64,000 nt of DNA from Tubulanus polymorphus (GCF_964204645.1 NC_134027.1:16400485-16464484), one strand, 5' to 3'; positions 50,298-63,649 are shown, counted from the first letter of the stretch. A program made the numbers and translations. Notes: generated by a model from the sequence alone, not told the origin.

Positions 50298-53200
50298 GCG
50301 AAGGTACAGAGCCGCAACTTTCAGCGACCTTGACACCAAACACGTGAACTATCTAGGTGCGCGAATGTTGTTATGACGTCATAACACTCTAAATAAACAA
50401 CACTGCGCGGTCTCGCGATACGCGCGTGGAAGGATCTAAAATCTATTCTGCGAAGTATTTTAAATAATATTTATAAAAGAATCCATTTAAATACTGTAAT
50501 TAACATATAAAACATAAAATTAATTGAAAGCAACATCGCTGGAAGATTAGTTTTAAAACTTTGATTGGTGTCAATCATCAATTACCGCTAGTCAAAATGG
50601 CGGCCGTCATGATAAACAAGACGGAGAATTTTCTTAAACTGACTGGATCTGGTATAAAATGTAGTATTTCACATCACAAATGGCCCATGTCCGTTTAAAA
50701 GAATAACTGTACCGCACTCAAGGCACCAAGGTTGGAATATGGCTATGGATCATGATAAAATAGTGCGCTACGACCGATAAAATATCAGCTGTCGGTACTC
50801 GGTCATGCCATGGTACAGCAGGCCTACTACTACTCTTCTGTCGCATCGAATCGGAACCTGATTCCCGAAGCAGCCAAGGTCCTAACGAGAAGAATAAACG
50901 AAACAAATGTAAGTGTCCTGCGCTCAATTCTACGGTGTCTAATTATCTTCAAGTGTCTACTCCATCCACACTTTAATGTAGTCTACAAAAACATGGACAA
51001 GCGATACTTTAGATTAGGTTCTCATCAAACAATCTACTGGGGGTTGAGTGTACGTGTAGGTAGTGTACTCACTGCTACTTATCTTATTTTTAGGAAACAT
51101 TTTTGACAGACCACCGATCTACTAGTGAATGATTTTTCCATGGACCCGAAAAGTAGGCCTAGGCCTCTTAGAGTCGTAAGAAGGTAGGCTATTCATGTCA
51201 TTTATTTACATAACTATGAAGTCTTTACATAAATTTCCACATGCAATTTTTTTATTTCAAATGCAATGTTTTTTTTTCAGAGAGTTCAGCCTGTTACAGG
51301 AACCTGAACAATGCTAATTTAGAGGTCAACTTGTGACTAGATAAGCCAGGTTTACAGGATTGGAGATGATAAAAAGTGAGTAGGCCTCACTGACTGAATG
51401 GTAAATACATCATCTGTAGTCATCGCTGCTGTATTGAATCATTTAACTTTCAGCAATCAATTCATTTTTTTGTTTGCTTTTATTCATCTTTAGGTGATGC
51501 AGATGTCAAGTACAAGGACATGAAGTTGAATCTTTAAACTGGGGATTGTCAAGATTTTACTTGTTTCCATCTTTTCACTTAGATGTTTGAATAAATCTAA
51601 ACATATAAAAGAGCTTTTTTTCTTATGCGTATTCGGAAAATTCCTGAAGTCGTGAATTCCTATTCATTCCTACTATCAGAAGAAAATAAGAGAAGCTTCG
51701 TCTACACTTGCATCTTATACCGAGGTTATGCGTCTACACTAAGCTCGAAACACGGGTTGAATGCAAAAAGCCAGGTTTTTGAAAAAGGAGTTATATAACC
51801 TATTGATAATTGAACCTATGTTCACGAAAAACTCTACAGATGTGGATTCAGTTACTGGAGCTAAATTAAGTGTAGATGCAGCCCTGCAAACGCTGGGTTT
51901 ATAGGAACCCGCATACTTTGAAACCCGGGTTCAACGAGCTGTAGACGTGGTAATATATATCGCAGTCAGAAAAAGAAGCAAATTGAAAGTACATCAATCT
52001 TTTATTTCCAACCTAAAACAATGAGACAGAAGGTTTGAATGCAACAAGCCATTTGAGCAATTGCGGTTACTAATTTGTAAAATGTATTGATATGATATGG
52101 AAGACCAACTGCTGAATTCCATGGGTACCATCAGAACCAAATGCACGCTACTTGCCATCTACCTGAAATAAACAAATGTCAATATTATGTTATAAACAAA
52201 TAAATATGAAAAAAATGCAAATTTCTGCTTGATACAACTTACATTTGAATGGGAAAAATCGGTTATAAAATATCTGCTATGTCTGACAAATAACTGACGA
52301 ATCCTATAAAACAAAAAATATATTATCTTTAAAATAAAATTAACAATTCAAAGATTTTTGGCAATCTTCCAATACAATATACATAGGTCCCTAGTAGGCC
52401 TACGCTAAACACTAACTGAGCCAGACAACCTGATATCCTTTCAAACAAAACTGAATTCGACATTAGATGTGAGATGCGTGAAAATGAGCCATAGGCTGCT
52501 TTTCCACGAGAAACAGATCAATCAAATTTATTTCCCTTTAGCCGTTTCCACAACAAGGGTGCGGCACTGTTGGACAGGACAGACACACATTTTCGAGTCA
52601 GTATTAATCAATTGTTTACTGTGACTGCGCAGTAATTAGTCAGAATTTTAAGGGAAATCCCCTACAAAAATCGCCCAACCACCCGAAGACCTGCACACAA
52701 ATTTCTGTGTCAGAGCCAAAATTGAGGTAACGCCTGCGCTTTTACACCATTCTCGTGGAAAATCCTAGTTTAGGCATATTACGCAACGAATTCAATATTT
52801 CCTTATGCCAAATTATTCTCATAATAGTCCATCATTTCAGGATTCAATAATTCTATATATCAAAATTGACAGGAGAACAAGATCTAATTACGTATGTTTT
52901 CAGATTTCGAATGAACCCAATTATATTCGAGTAAAAGTCATCAAAATTAATAAGGTAAAAACGCTAGCTCATAAAATTAGTTTTGAAGTAGTACGAGAAA
53001 CTGGGAATATCTCACTTATTTCCAATGCCATATAGACATATAAGGTATCATTCGATTCGTTTTTAGATGGGTTTTAAAACTATTGTGTATTTGGATGACT
53101 GAACTGTCTATTCTACCTTAAATTCTTCCAAATCTTTGAGATTTCGGAGGCCCAAAACCGGCAAAATGACAAAATTACTTCTTGGTTTTCAGCGCCGCCC

Positions 53201-53947
53201 TGGGAAATTAATAAATTAATTTATAGTTATAGTCAAATTGGGGGTTACTCGGGTCGTTTAGTTGTCTGCGGAGTCGAGTAGATTGGTTACCCGTCTGTAA
53301 CATTGGTTACGGAAACGACTCGTCAGCTTGATGAGTTGTATGTATTATGATTGTGCGCCACCTGCATTTTCCGAAATAATGTTCATATAATTATTTGAAG
53401 GGAGGATTGAAATCAATTATCAACGTACATCTGAATATGTAATAGTCCTTAGTAACTTTCTGTTGCAGAGGGCATAGAAAAGATTTTGAAATTATTTAAT
53501 TAAAATATAAATTTTATTTACGAAAAATAAACTATTATGGTCAGTACAAATTGAAAATTCATAGTGTATTTTTAAGAACAAGCTTACATAGCTTACTGAA
53601 TACATCACGTACATTTGAATTTTATAAGTGATGGGTAAAAATCAACGTGTGACAGAAAAAAATGTAGTTAATTATTTAACAATATCGAAATATGTGCTCT
53701 CTTTTTAAACTAATGGAGTGATACGCAATTAATCACATGGCCTGTATTAAAAGATAGAACATACAAGTTGGATATTTATAAGTCGAAACATGTGAACAGA
53801 AACTAAAACTTTGATGTCAGTGACCAGTATCGAATTACACAACGACAATTGGCTTTAAACTCAACAAACAATATTAAAGAATGTTTCAAACAAAATGCTT
53901 TATATAATACGGAAGCCCCTAGGTGACATAAGAGATAATTTTTTTCA

Positions 53948-54007
53948 TAATTTCGACTTATTAAGTCGAATTTCGACATAATAAGTCGAATTTCGACTTA
54001 ATAAGTG
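53948..54007. repeat. Short palindromic tandem repeat (AATTTCGACTTAnTAAGTCG), ~21-bp period
   Basis: About three copies following TACGGAAGCCCC. Confidence 0.6.
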
Positions 54008-54596
54008 ACACTAAAAGTGGTCACGGCCGTCGCGTGCACTCATTTCTTTGAAAATCTAGCTTCCTCGCGGAGCGGGACCTGGTGACGCTGCGCCCCACAC
54101 CCCCTTCGCGCTGAGAAATATCTTATTCCCAGTCAGCAGAGACAGGTTCTAAAGATCATAGAGTGCATCGCTGGAGGGTTTCTGATCCAATTTGAATTGG
54201 TGCGGTGGCGCTCTCAATGCGGAAGTTTTTGTGAATTTTTCAGTCGGCGACGGACCTTTATCGTTGTAAGTGATGTAATATGTAAAAAATGCAGGGAAAC
54301 CTATCTCAATTTGTTTTTAGCGATGCAGCAGAACTAATAAGGAACATTTTGATATATAACGTGACTATATAGTACACTATCCACACTGATCATGTGACAC
54401 TAGTGACGCGGTCACTTCTTAGTTTGCTTTCGAAGCTATCGGACGTGTGTGGTCAGCTGTTTTGTGGTGAGTTTTGTCTCCTGCGTTTGCCGATTTTCTG
54501 TTGTTCCTTTCCGGTAGCATTTGGTATTTTCTTTGGAATTTTGTTTGTGGTTTCCTCTTTAGTTTTCGTCTCCTTTTGCCTGGTTTGGAGACTTCG

Positions 54597-54830
54597 GTGC
54601 AGTCATCTTGGATGAAACACTGGGTTTATTAGTTTTAGTGCAGTCATTTTGGATGAAACACTGGAGTTTATTGATTTTAGTGCAGTCATTTCGGATGAAA
54701 CACTGGTTTTTATTTATTTTTGGTGCAGTCATTTCGGATGAAACACTGGTTTTGTTAGTTTTAGTGCAGTCATTTAGGATGAAGCACTAGGTTTATTAAT
54801 TTTGGTGCAGTCATTTCGGATGAAACACTG
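54597..54830 (+). repeat. Six 41-43-bp tandem units with a conserved hairpin-forming core in the retroelement leader
   Basis: GTGCAGTCATYTNGGATGAARCACT at 54597, 54638, 54680, 54723, 54764 and 54805, separated by T-rich linkers. Confidence 0.9.
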
Positions 54831-55604
54831 ATTTTGATGTTTGGGTTAAACTGTACCGTGATTTTGGGATTAAGCACGAGCAGATGGTCTTTTAGATTTT
54901 CTGGGATAAGTGCAGTATTTTGGATGAAGCACGGGAGATGGATTGATAGTGATTTTATTGAGGCAAAATTCTTGGTCAGGTTAGAAGTACTAGGGTACTT
55001 TGGTACATTTTGACCGTCAATGACATTTAGGTTACAGTGCTACATGCGTGATTGCTTTTGCCTTTATTGGGACGTGGGTAAATACTGTAAGTCACAGTGC
55101 GTGCATTTTGCTAGGTTTATTTCATTCATAGGCGCATTTCCAAGGTCTGGATTTGGAATTCTTTTGTGGGATTTCATTGGCTATTCAAAATTCGGTTTAA
55201 TCTTACTGGGCGTGTAAAGGCAATCTGGTCACGTTTTACTTAGTTCTTGGTCTCGTTTTGTAGTTAGCGGTAGTGTTGGGTTAGCATCAAGTCCTGTTAG
55301 TCGAATCGCATTTCAGATTCGGTGGTATTAGACTTGTTTGACTGTGTATCGTACAGAGGATATAAGGTGAGTTTGTATTAGTGTATTACTGTCGTATTAG
55401 TTCTTGTTTAATTTAAGATGGTGGCTAGAGAAATAATTTCGGCATATGGCCGAAAATTTTACGTTTTTCTGGTCTGGTCACATGTATATATTTGGTTAAA
55501 CTTTGTCGACGGTTGTTAGGATCAGTTTGCTAATACTTTTAAATTTTATTCCTGGTACGCTGCGGTAGTAATTTTGATGTTCTTTTCGCTTATCTGTTTC
55601 AGAG

Positions 55605-58600
55605 ATGGAACCGGTGGTTTTAAAATCGTCAGACGGTTTGAAAACGGTGGACATCATCCCCATGTTATTAAAATTAAGAGGGTTAGATCTGAACGTAGAT
55701 CGACCTACCGCCTTCGCTAGGTTCGAAAGGCTTAAGCCACTAGAAGCAGCACCGAGGAAGTATGTGGATGATGCGGTATTTTAACTGACTGGTAAAAAGA
55801 TGAGTGATCTGTTAACGCTGGTGGACTGGGAGAAGGAAGGTCCGCTGCTAGCGCACCACTTGATAATTTTCGCTAACGAGAATGCGAACAAGCTCCCGCA
55901 GGTACCGAAGAAAAGGAAGTCAGTGCCCGCACCTAGTACAAGCCGGTTCCTGAACTTCGCTGAAAAAGCTGAAACACTGAAAAGCTGAAACGCTGAAATA
56001 AAAACGCTGAAATTTCAGGGAATTTCCGAAAAACGCCGAAATTTCAGGGAATTCCCGAAAAACGCTGAAATCGTGCTAGGTACCGACAATACACGTTTTG
56101 AAATTCTTTCCGGGCAGGTGTCCGCTGCCGAGTCCTGAACCGTCTTTTAGACTCTACCTTCGGTTACAGAGACATGCCTTGAGGTCGTCGTCATGTTCGA
56201 CTTGATCGATTGCGGATTGCGTGGATTGTTAGATGTGTTTTTTGTTTTATGCGCATATACCGGTACGATCTAACAATGAAATTATCACTTCATTTGAATA
56301 AATTCTTAATTACAGTAATATTAATTCTCAATATTTTTTCTTATATTTGGTGATTTCTTCCAACTTATCATTGCCAAGTCTCATACAAAAGTAGTAGCTG
56401 AATGAAAGTACAGCTAGTAAGGCTGAACCTGATAACCCAAATTAAGTGCTATCATGGAACTTATGACTACTTTGATTCTATTTTGGTGTGAATAAAGGTT
56501 CAACCGTCATAGTATACTGTACTTAGCATTACTACGATTGGGTGCCATATTTCTACAATCTCTTCAAGGAAGGAGTCTTGGAGTGTCTTTCGTTCCCGGG
56601 TAGGCATCCTCGCTTGCCAGGAGACCAGTATCGCTCCCTAACTCGCTTCCACCTGCCCCCTGGCCTCACGACGCGCGATTTCATTACCGGCGTTTTAGCG
56701 AATGACGTCATATATCAACACGCGACAATACTTCCGTTTTCGCTACGTGTTCGCTGATTGGTCCATTAACCGGGAAATTCCATAGATGCCAAATGTCGTT
56801 TGTAACAAGCGCTGTGATTGGCCCGACCTGATTCTGGTCGGCTAGTAACGACTCGAGGTCAAGCGGTTCGGAGAACAGCTTTAGTGTAGTGGGTTCGAAT
56901 CCCTTGACAGGTGAAGATGCCGGGTAGGGTACGGGGTAAAACCTGGTTTACTTTCTCTGTCTACTTGCTGGAGACTACTATCTGCAATGTATTGCAAGTT
57001 TTTATTTGTCTGGCTTATGAGAGTCGAACAACGTTTTCCCATACACAGGCTTGGCTTTAGTACTAGATGAAGGCTAGGCACTGCACATTGTGGATTGACT
57101 GGAACTCTAAACTCACAAAATTAAACGAGTCAACAAGAAAGATCCAATAATTTGACGTTTGTCTAATTATATTATTTAACAGCTTAAAATAATACTTTAC
57201 ACATTATAAGAATACACAAAAGAAATCAGTTCTTACATTATATCAGAATCAATAGTTCGCTTAACTCGGGCTTGAATTCTGGTTCCATTGCTTTATATTC
57301 TAATGAAATTCACTAGCATACCTTAGAATATTGCTTAGCTTAAGATAGAAAATTTGGTACCAGGAAAACGGGGAAGTAAAGTGGGTGTACTGTACATCCC
57401 CAATTGACTTATTTCTCTCCGGTTGAATCAAGTTATTACTGAAATAGCATTCGAATAGCCATTTTGTTTTTAAAAATTGTGTCGTTCAGCTATCCTGCTG
57501 CAAATTTCGCAGTTCAAGTTAACTAGTGCCATCTGATTTCTCAGTATCTCAAATTTGCACATTCTTAGCCCGAGTCTAAAAATAGAAAAAAAGTGCATTT
57601 AAAGTAGGAAATAAAAGAATAGTGGCTAACACACTCTGGAGATATAGCCTATGGGGTGGGCCTAGTTTGAAAGCACTGAGGTCCGAGGGAACAGCACTTA
57701 GTAAATAAATACTGAAATCAAACTTACAAAACACCCAATACTTGAGATGATGTACTTGACAAGAAGTGTGTCCAGCTGAGCAAATCAACTTTATCTATGA
57801 CTCCTCTTTTTATAGATACCGTAGTAGTCTAAAAATAAGAATCGGTACATTTTTCTAACAGTTGGTATGTCATTTAAAAAAAAAAAAACCTATTATTATC
57901 ACAACACAGCAAATAAATTACAGTTGTTGAATGGTTTGCCCGATTTAGATTAATTGGTTGACGCTAATTAGTATGACCTATAAGTAGGGGCCTACTGCAT
58001 GTCATTGGCGTCAATCCATTCCATTCCACGGTGAATTAAAAAGAAATTTAGTTAGATCCCTTTTGTCCAAAAGCTGCATCATTTATATAACTAGCTGTCA
58101 AATTTAATTTACCTCCTTCAGAGAATACCATAGTCCGTCGCCCATCATCAACGTGTTGACAAAAGAAAAGTTGCTTATAATCCTGTTTTATACATGAACG
58201 ATAGAAGTAAACCATATTCTTGGAATATTGAGCATAGTGTTTAAGTTGGCTTGCACGGTTTGTGAATGGGTTTTCCTCATCATGCTGCCTGTATGCATTA
58301 AAAATCCGGATTTCAAGCGAATTAATTTGTTCAACAAGTGGCCCTCTAGAAGTATACTCCACACATACTGCCCATGCATGTCTCTGTAACCGAAGGTGGA
58401 GACTAAAAGACGGTTCAGGACTCGGCAGCGGATACCGGCCCGGATATTATTTCAAAACGTGTATTGTCGGTACCTAGCACGATTTCAGCGTTTTTCGGGA
58501 ATTCCCTGAAATTTCGGCGTTTTTCGGAAATTCCCTGAAATTTCAGCGTTTTTATTTCAGCGATTCAGCGTTTCAGTGTTTCAGCTTTTTCAGCGAAGTT

Positions 58601-59687
58601 CAGGAACCGAGTACAAGCACGGTCGGTGCGGAGAGTGATGCGGTAACCCCAGATGAGGTTTCTGAACCGGTAAGTGTTTTTATTTTCTCAGTTTTATATC
58701 TGTATTTGTAGCCCCCGGGCTGGGTCGGTAGGCCTGGACTGGGTAGATTTATTGGGAAATTAATAGACATTTGTTTAAAACATGTGTAGCTCTGTGCGTT
58801 TAAGGTTTATTGCTCTGGGCCTTGTACATACAAGGATTTAGTGGGTACAGAATGGGGATCTGTTTTGGTTAAGTTAGAGGATTTTCGTTTCCTTTACTGG
58901 AGGAGAAAGTTTATAGAGATTAAGATTTTTAAAAGACAGCTTCTGAAAATGTAAGATGCAAGATGGAATGTAAAGATAACCCATTAAGATGTAGGTAATG
59001 GTATGAAGCAGAAGCATGAAACATTTAGGATGATAGATTTGACTATAGATTGTTCGTTAACCGAAATCATGGCGATCTTTTAAACTATTAACTGCGAAGT
59101 CATGCTGACTAGTCTATATTTGTATTTATCTCGTGTGTTTCAGGACAAAAAATTGTTAAAGCGTCTGGAGGAACTCGAGAAGAAGGTTACACATCCAGCT
59201 CGTTCAGTAGAGAGCGCTCTGATGCAGGTGAGGGCAGCGCTTCAAAGGCCGGGCTCTTTCTTTGATCCATACTTCCTTCTCGGTTGTATGGAAGGCTTGG
59301 TAGAGGTGGCAGCTGAAACCACAGATCCGATAAAAAGGGTATTTTGATTCTGTACTGAAAAGTATCAAGAGAAATATCGATTCTCCAGACTTACCTGCTT
59401 TGTGTAGGCGTTTCATTGGCTCCCCGGATGATGAAAAAGTGGCATCAGTGGAGGCAAAATGGGCTAAAAAGCCGCACACTAACAATTATTACCCAACTTA
59501 CGGCTATTGGGGTGGGTCGGGTGTAGGCAGGGGATATGTTGGGCGCCGAGGTTATGGTACAAGGAGAGCAGGGAGAAGTTCTAGGAGGAATTGTTTCTTA
59601 TGCCGCAAAGAGGGTCATTTTGTTCGCGACTGTCCTGAGAATAAACAACCACAAGTGGTTACGAAGACTGAAAGTGAGGTTGTCTAA
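55605..59687 (+). pseudogene. Spliced gag-like gene: leader exon 55605-55943 + 58619-58669, exon 59144-59687
   Basis: Frame continues across the MULE insertion (APSTS|TVGAES). CCG|GTAAGT donor at 58669/70; TTTCAG|GAC acceptor at 59143; RGG-rich tract and CFLCRKEGHFVRDC. Premature TAA at 55782 and a frameshift between ~59345 and 59400. Confidence 0.75.
55944..58609. mobile_element. Non-autonomous Mutator-like (MULE) element
   Basis: ~235-bp TIRs starting CGGTTCCTGAACTTCGCTGAA; perfect 9-bp TSD AGTACAAGC at 55935-55943 and 58610-58618. Confidence 0.9.
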
Positions 59688-59926
59688 ATGAGTTAGAACC
59701 TGATTGAATTTAGTTTTGGATGATACATAATGTTATATTGTGTTGTTAAAGATGTTAAACAAGGTTATTTTCTCTCCATTAAATTGATCATATGTTGGAT
59801 AATTCATTTTGTTATCGGTTGTTTGTGATTGGTTGGCTTTGTTGTCACAGGCTATCTAAGTCTGTTGTCACGGCTTATGTCGTGCTGGCAACGGGGCTGG
59901 ACTGATGGACCTTAGTGTCTTTTCAG

Positions 59927-62106
59927 GATTTTGTTCCGTTGAATATACCTGTGTGTAAAGACGTGTTTTGGGTTGGTGCTAGAGGTTCATCCGTCCAGTT
60001 ACCGTTGCCTGAGGTCGTCTCAGCCGAGACCGTTTCGAAATCGGCGGACAAGTATAACAATTTGACAATTTTTGACCTGCCCCTCAGGGACCCGGAGAAT
60101 TTCGTCGCAGGTGAACTGAGTCGCCATTTGGAGGAATGGGAATTTATTCTACGGCAGTCAGAGGATCCGTTGTCAGACACGATATTATCTTGGGTGCGAG
60201 ATGGTGTTCATATCCCAGATTTCTTTAAGAGGTTTAAGGGTCAGTTTAAAGGCTAGCGTATGATTGTGATGCGCCCCCAAAAACGGTGTTCCCGAATGCT
60301 GGAAACTGCGAACAATTTGAAGATTTCATTTCTACAACATTAAAAGGTCGGGTGGCTAATGGATCACTCAAGGTCTGGGGAAAGGTTGGGGTCGATCCAC
60401 CCCCGCATTTAGTTATACCCTTGACGGTTGAACCCACGAAACCCAGAATGTGCCACGACGAACGATTTCTAAATCTATGGATTCGGGACTCGCCTTTCCA
60501 TTTGGAAACTTTGGTAAACGTACCTCGCATGCTACATAAAAGCGCGTTTATGACCTCTGTCGATGATAAAAGTGGCTACGACCACATCAGGGTAACACCG
60601 GGAAGTGAGGTGTATTTGGGAATCAGCTGGAAAGGTTGGTATTACGTTTACACCGTTATTCCTTTTGGTTTTAAGGCCTCGGCCTATATATACCAGAAAA
60701 CTGGCTTGGTTGCAACGGGTTACCTTCGAGACCTAGGAGTACAGATAACTCAATACATTGATGACCGTTTAAATGGGGAGCTTTTAAGTTCCTCGGCTAG
60801 GGGTTTAGAATCCATCACAAAGGCTAGGTTAGCTCTATATATGACGGCCCAAGTTTTAACAAGACTAGGGTATTTTCTAGGCCTCCTTAAATGCGTCCTG
60901 GAACCGTGTCAGTTATTAAAGCATTTAGGCTTATTTGTTAACACTATAGAGGAACGTTTTGAGATCCCAAATGATAAGGTGGTAAAATTTGCCATTTTAA
61001 GGGACAATATTTTATCGTCCGAATTCGTTAACATTAAAACCATCCAGCGGTTTGTGGGTAAGATCATATCCTTCTCGTTGGTTGTACCAGCTGCGAAGCT
61101 TTATACAAGGGAGTCAAACTTAGCCATTTCTAAGGCATTCAGAAACTCGAGACTCATTAGGGTTGAGGGCAATCTCAGAACTGAGATAGAGTACTGGAAG
61201 ATAATTGAATGTTTGCCAAGGGTGGTAAGGTGGCGCCAAGAGTGGCATGTCAGAATTCAGATGTATACGGACGCATCCTCTTATAGATGGGGTGGGATAG
61301 TCACGATTGGTGAGCAGAGGTTTGAGCCCTCCGATTATTGGCCACAGGAGCTGGTACAAAAACCCATTGTAATAAAGGAAACCCTGGCACTTAAAAACGT
61401 TTTAATGGTGGTTTCTGATAAAATTAGAGACAGTAGAGTAGACGCTTTTGTAGATAATAAAACTATGATTGTGGCATGGGTTGGTGAAGGTTCCAAATCA
61501 CATGATCTGTCAGAAGCAATTAAACTTTTGTTTGAACTAACAGCAGAACAAAATGTGTTGTTGAAATTGCATTATGTACCGTCAAAAGAGAATCTAGCAG
61601 ACGCTCCCTCGCGAATTTTGCGAAAATCGGAATGTATGTTATCTCCGCGTATATGGCAGCTCGTGCAACGTGAATACGGGGGTGAAAACGGACACTCGGT
61701 TGATTTGATGGCACTTGATTCGAACGTAATGGTAGATTTGTCAGGCTCTCCACTACGACATTTTACGCCAACGCCATCTACTGATTCTAGTGATGTAGAT
61801 CTGCTCGCACAAAATCTATGCGACGAGGTTAATCCATATGTGTTTCCGCCAATTTCTAAGATACCGGCGGTTTTACGATTCTTGGCAGACGCAGTCAAAG
61901 AAGCATCTATCGTCATTCCAGAAAACTTTCCGAGGCCATTCTGGTGGCCTTTGGTAACCTCTCATGCATCCAAACGTCGCCTGCTTGGCAAAAAGGGAGA
62001 TGTGGGTGTTTTGAAATATCCGACTAAAAAAGGTTTTGTGGAGGATACAGTAGGCATCCCGTGGGATCTGTTTGTTTATAGGATAGATTTTGATAGATTA
62101 GATTGA
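59927..62106 (+). pseudogene. DIRS pol: reverse transcriptase, RNase H and Dam-like methyltransferase domain; frameshift near 60250
   Basis: DDKSGYDH, PFG, YIDD; TDAS..WG, KE, VDN, NLADAPSR; DLMA...YVFPP...WWP. Confidence 0.9.
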
Positions 62107-62293
62107 AAGATTAAATTGACATGTTTTCCTGAGCGATAACATGGTGTTGCGTAACGGTGGTCTTTATTTTCTACTCTGATCTATGCACGGTAAAATCCGG
62201 ATGCATAACTCTGCTTTTACGTTAATAAACGCTTTGTCTTTTCTGATATACCTCGTTTGTTATGGTTCTTTTAAGATCTGTCATATTTTACAG

Positions 62294-63649
62294 GATCTGT
62301 CTCTGCATCACGAGAACCATTGTGCGGACTGTGGACATCGCTCGCGACAGCCCTCAAATTTCTGCTACAATTGTGGTTCAGAGTTAAGCAATGCGGATGG
62401 CGAGAACGGTACATTGCTAGCCTTACCATTAAAAGATTTGGATGCCCGGTTAAAATCTATGTCAGAGAGTGAGCGCAACTCTGTTTATGGCCGAAAGAAG
62501 TCAAAACTGGAAGAAGATTTGGTCTTGTTCCTCAGGTCACTGCGCCCATCGAGATCCTTGTTGACGGCATCACCTAGGGATATCTGTAGGTTCATGGTAT
62601 TCAGGGATGCTCGGGGTAAAACAGTAGTACACTCTTTAACCTGTCCGGTACGAGGTTGGAAAGCAGTCTCGAAGGCCTCACCAAGGACCGGTGTTTGTTT
62701 ATGCCCCAAAAGACTGGCAGCCGGAACGGTCGATTCCTATCTGGGTCAGATAAGGGCAATATTTAACTCGATTGGTAAAATTGGCTGTTGGCATCCCGAA
62801 CGCGGAACTGGGAATCCTACCATATCAGAAGAGGTAAAACAATACCTGAGAGTGACTAAGAAGGAGCAATCGGTGGCCATGATCACCCCTAAACAAGCCG
62901 TCCCAATGTACCTTAGCAAATTGACGGCAATGATTCTCTGTATTGATAAACGCTTGGGTGTCCCAGATTTACCCGCGGTAACGGAGTATAATTTAGCAAG
63001 GGACCAGACTTTCTTCAAACTTGATTTTCTAACAGGACATAGGGCGGCAGACTTAGGTCGGTTTTTGACAGATGGGATCTCTCAGAGTGACGATGGAAGG
63101 GTAATCATTTTAAATCTAACGTTCGGGAAAACACTGCGGGATGGTTCGGTTTTGACATCCGTAGTTACTCGTTTTAACAACCCGGTTCTGTGCCCGGTTT
63201 TGGCGATTGAAAGGTATTTTGCTGTTGTAAAGGCGCTTGGAGTTGACCTTGGAGGGGGTTACTTATTCCGGATAACGAATAAAGAGGGCGCTATCGTTAA
63301 TAACGGACTCGACTCGAATGCGGTGGGAAGCCGTTTGAAGACTTACCTAAAAGAAATTTGTATGTATGACGGTGAGACCCCGCATAGTTTCAGGGTTGGA
63401 TGCTCCGTTATGTTGGCTTCTTTGGGCCATACATCTAAAGAGGTGACTTCTTATATTGGTTGGAAGCATCAGTCCATGGCGAAGCATTACACCAAACATG
63501 CTTGTGTGATGCAGGGTAAAGTCTCTGACTCTCTCGGTCAAGCTATGGGACAGTTAACTGATAAAAGTGTAGAATCATATCGCCTTAATAATGCTACAAG
63601 CGGGTTTAAACCAATGTTTTTAAACCAATTTATATCGATAAGAAACTAG
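62294..63649 (+). CDS. Tyrosine recombinase with Zn ribbon and ALOG domain (likely a spliced exon starting at 62294)
   Basis: CADC..CYNC; ALOG-like H..C...C.CPKRLAAGTVDS...GNP; catalytic HRAADL, GKT, HSFR, GW...HY; TTTTACAG|GAT acceptor in frame. Confidence 0.88.
   Translation, partial: DLSLHHENHCADCGHRSRQPSNFCYNCGSELSNADGENGTLLALPLKDLDARLKSMSESERNSVYGRKKSKLEEDLVLFLRSLRPSRSLLTASPRDICRFMVFRDARGKTVVHSLTCPVRGWKAVSKASPRTGVCLCPKRLAAGTVDSYLGQIRAIFNSIGKIGCWHPERGTGNPTISEEVKQYLRVTKKEQSVAMITPKQAVPMYLSKLTAMILCIDKRLGVPDLPAVTEYNLARDQTFFKLDFLTGHRAADLGRFLTDGISQSDDGRVIILNLTFGKTLRDGSVLTSVVTRFNNPVLCPVLAIERYFAVVKALGVDLGGGYLFRITNKEGAIVNNGLDSNAVGSRLKTYLKEICMYDGETPHSFRVGCSVMLASLGHTSKEVTSYIGWKHQSMAKHYTKHACVMQGKVSDSLGQAMGQLTDKSVESYRLNNATSGFKPMFLNQFISIRN

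Noticed and set aside
54597-54830. CRISPR array or hammerhead ribozyme
   Set aside because: Linkers are ~15 nt, T-rich and similar to each other; no CUGANGA core in the units.
62183-62293. N-terminal 37 aa of the 488-aa YR ORF as real coding sequence
   Set aside because: T-rich, intron-like sequence ending in a strong in-frame acceptor.
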